In this document: positions 24,656-24,718 of the stretch, one piece after another
Numbering within the stretch: position 1 is the first letter of the stretch
How the letters are laid out: the number at the start of each line of letters is the position of its first letter
Virus record (IMG/VR): IMGVR_UViG_3300044639_000670
Coordinates: 1 to 24,718 of that record
Strand: one strand, 5' to 3'
DNA from: a virus
Lineage: Duplodnaviria; Caudoviricetes
DNA: 24,718 bases
Translations under genes and position numbers: made by a program
Notes under the pieces: model-generated
Told to the model about the DNA's origin: nothing
The model's input: only the letters and a program-made list of their open reading frames with translations
Databases searched by the model: none

Positions 24656-24718
24656 TCATGCCCAAAAAATATTGGGAACGTCTGGGTTGAACTCGGGGCG
24701 GGGGACTTGGATCTCGCT
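24656..24718 (-). CDS. 3' end of an upstream gene truncated by the window edge
   Basis: Open frame SEIQVPRPEFNPDVPNIFWA* ending 19 nt before the next ATG. Confidence 0.55.
   Translation of the reverse strand, partial: SEIQVPRPEFNPDVPNIFWA

Larger units (their letters stand above)
1..24718 (-). mobile_element. Tailed phage (podovirus-like) genome segment: packaging, head, tail, ejection and lysis modules
   Basis: Co-oriented, tightly packed terminase-portal-scaffold-capsid-adaptor-nozzle-ejection gene order. No tape-measure, tail tube or sheath gene recognised; no host housekeeping genes. Confidence 0.95.

Overview
The window is a contiguous piece of a tailed dsDNA phage genome, probably podovirus-type. 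It could be a free phage or a prophage; no integrase, att site or host gene is visible. Almost everything is one minus-strand morphogenesis operon, read right to left: the 3' end of an upstream gene, four tiny membrane/lipoprotein genes chained by ATGA overlaps (likely lysis functions), tail fibre, large terminase, a 270-aa Met-Cys protein, portal, scaffold, major capsid, a hypothetical protein, head-tail adaptor, tail nozzle, a T7 gp13-like GNAT, a second Met-Cys virion protein, a cupin, a gp14-like ejection protein, a 678-aa virion protein with a lysozyme-like domain, a giant 2388-aa ejection/polyvalent protein, and a CHAP-type endolysin. This converges on a plus-strand XRE HTH regulator. 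Main observations: (1) two AT-rich ADP-ribosyltransferase-like modules lie in tandem inside the giant virion protein, each preceded by an identical in-frame 38-bp repeat, which looks like an exchangeable array of injected effector cassettes; (2) two small enzymes (GNAT, cupin) each sit directly upstream of a candidate ejection protein, suggesting post-translational modification of injected proteins; (3) two sigma70-like promoters share a CAGA repeat in their spacers; (4) the tail-fibre tip is AT-rich and appears swapped. Start sites lack Shine-Dalgarno motifs, pointing to a non-SD, high-GC host such as Verrucomicrobiota (inference). All family assignments come from motif recognition by eye and synteny; no database search was run.
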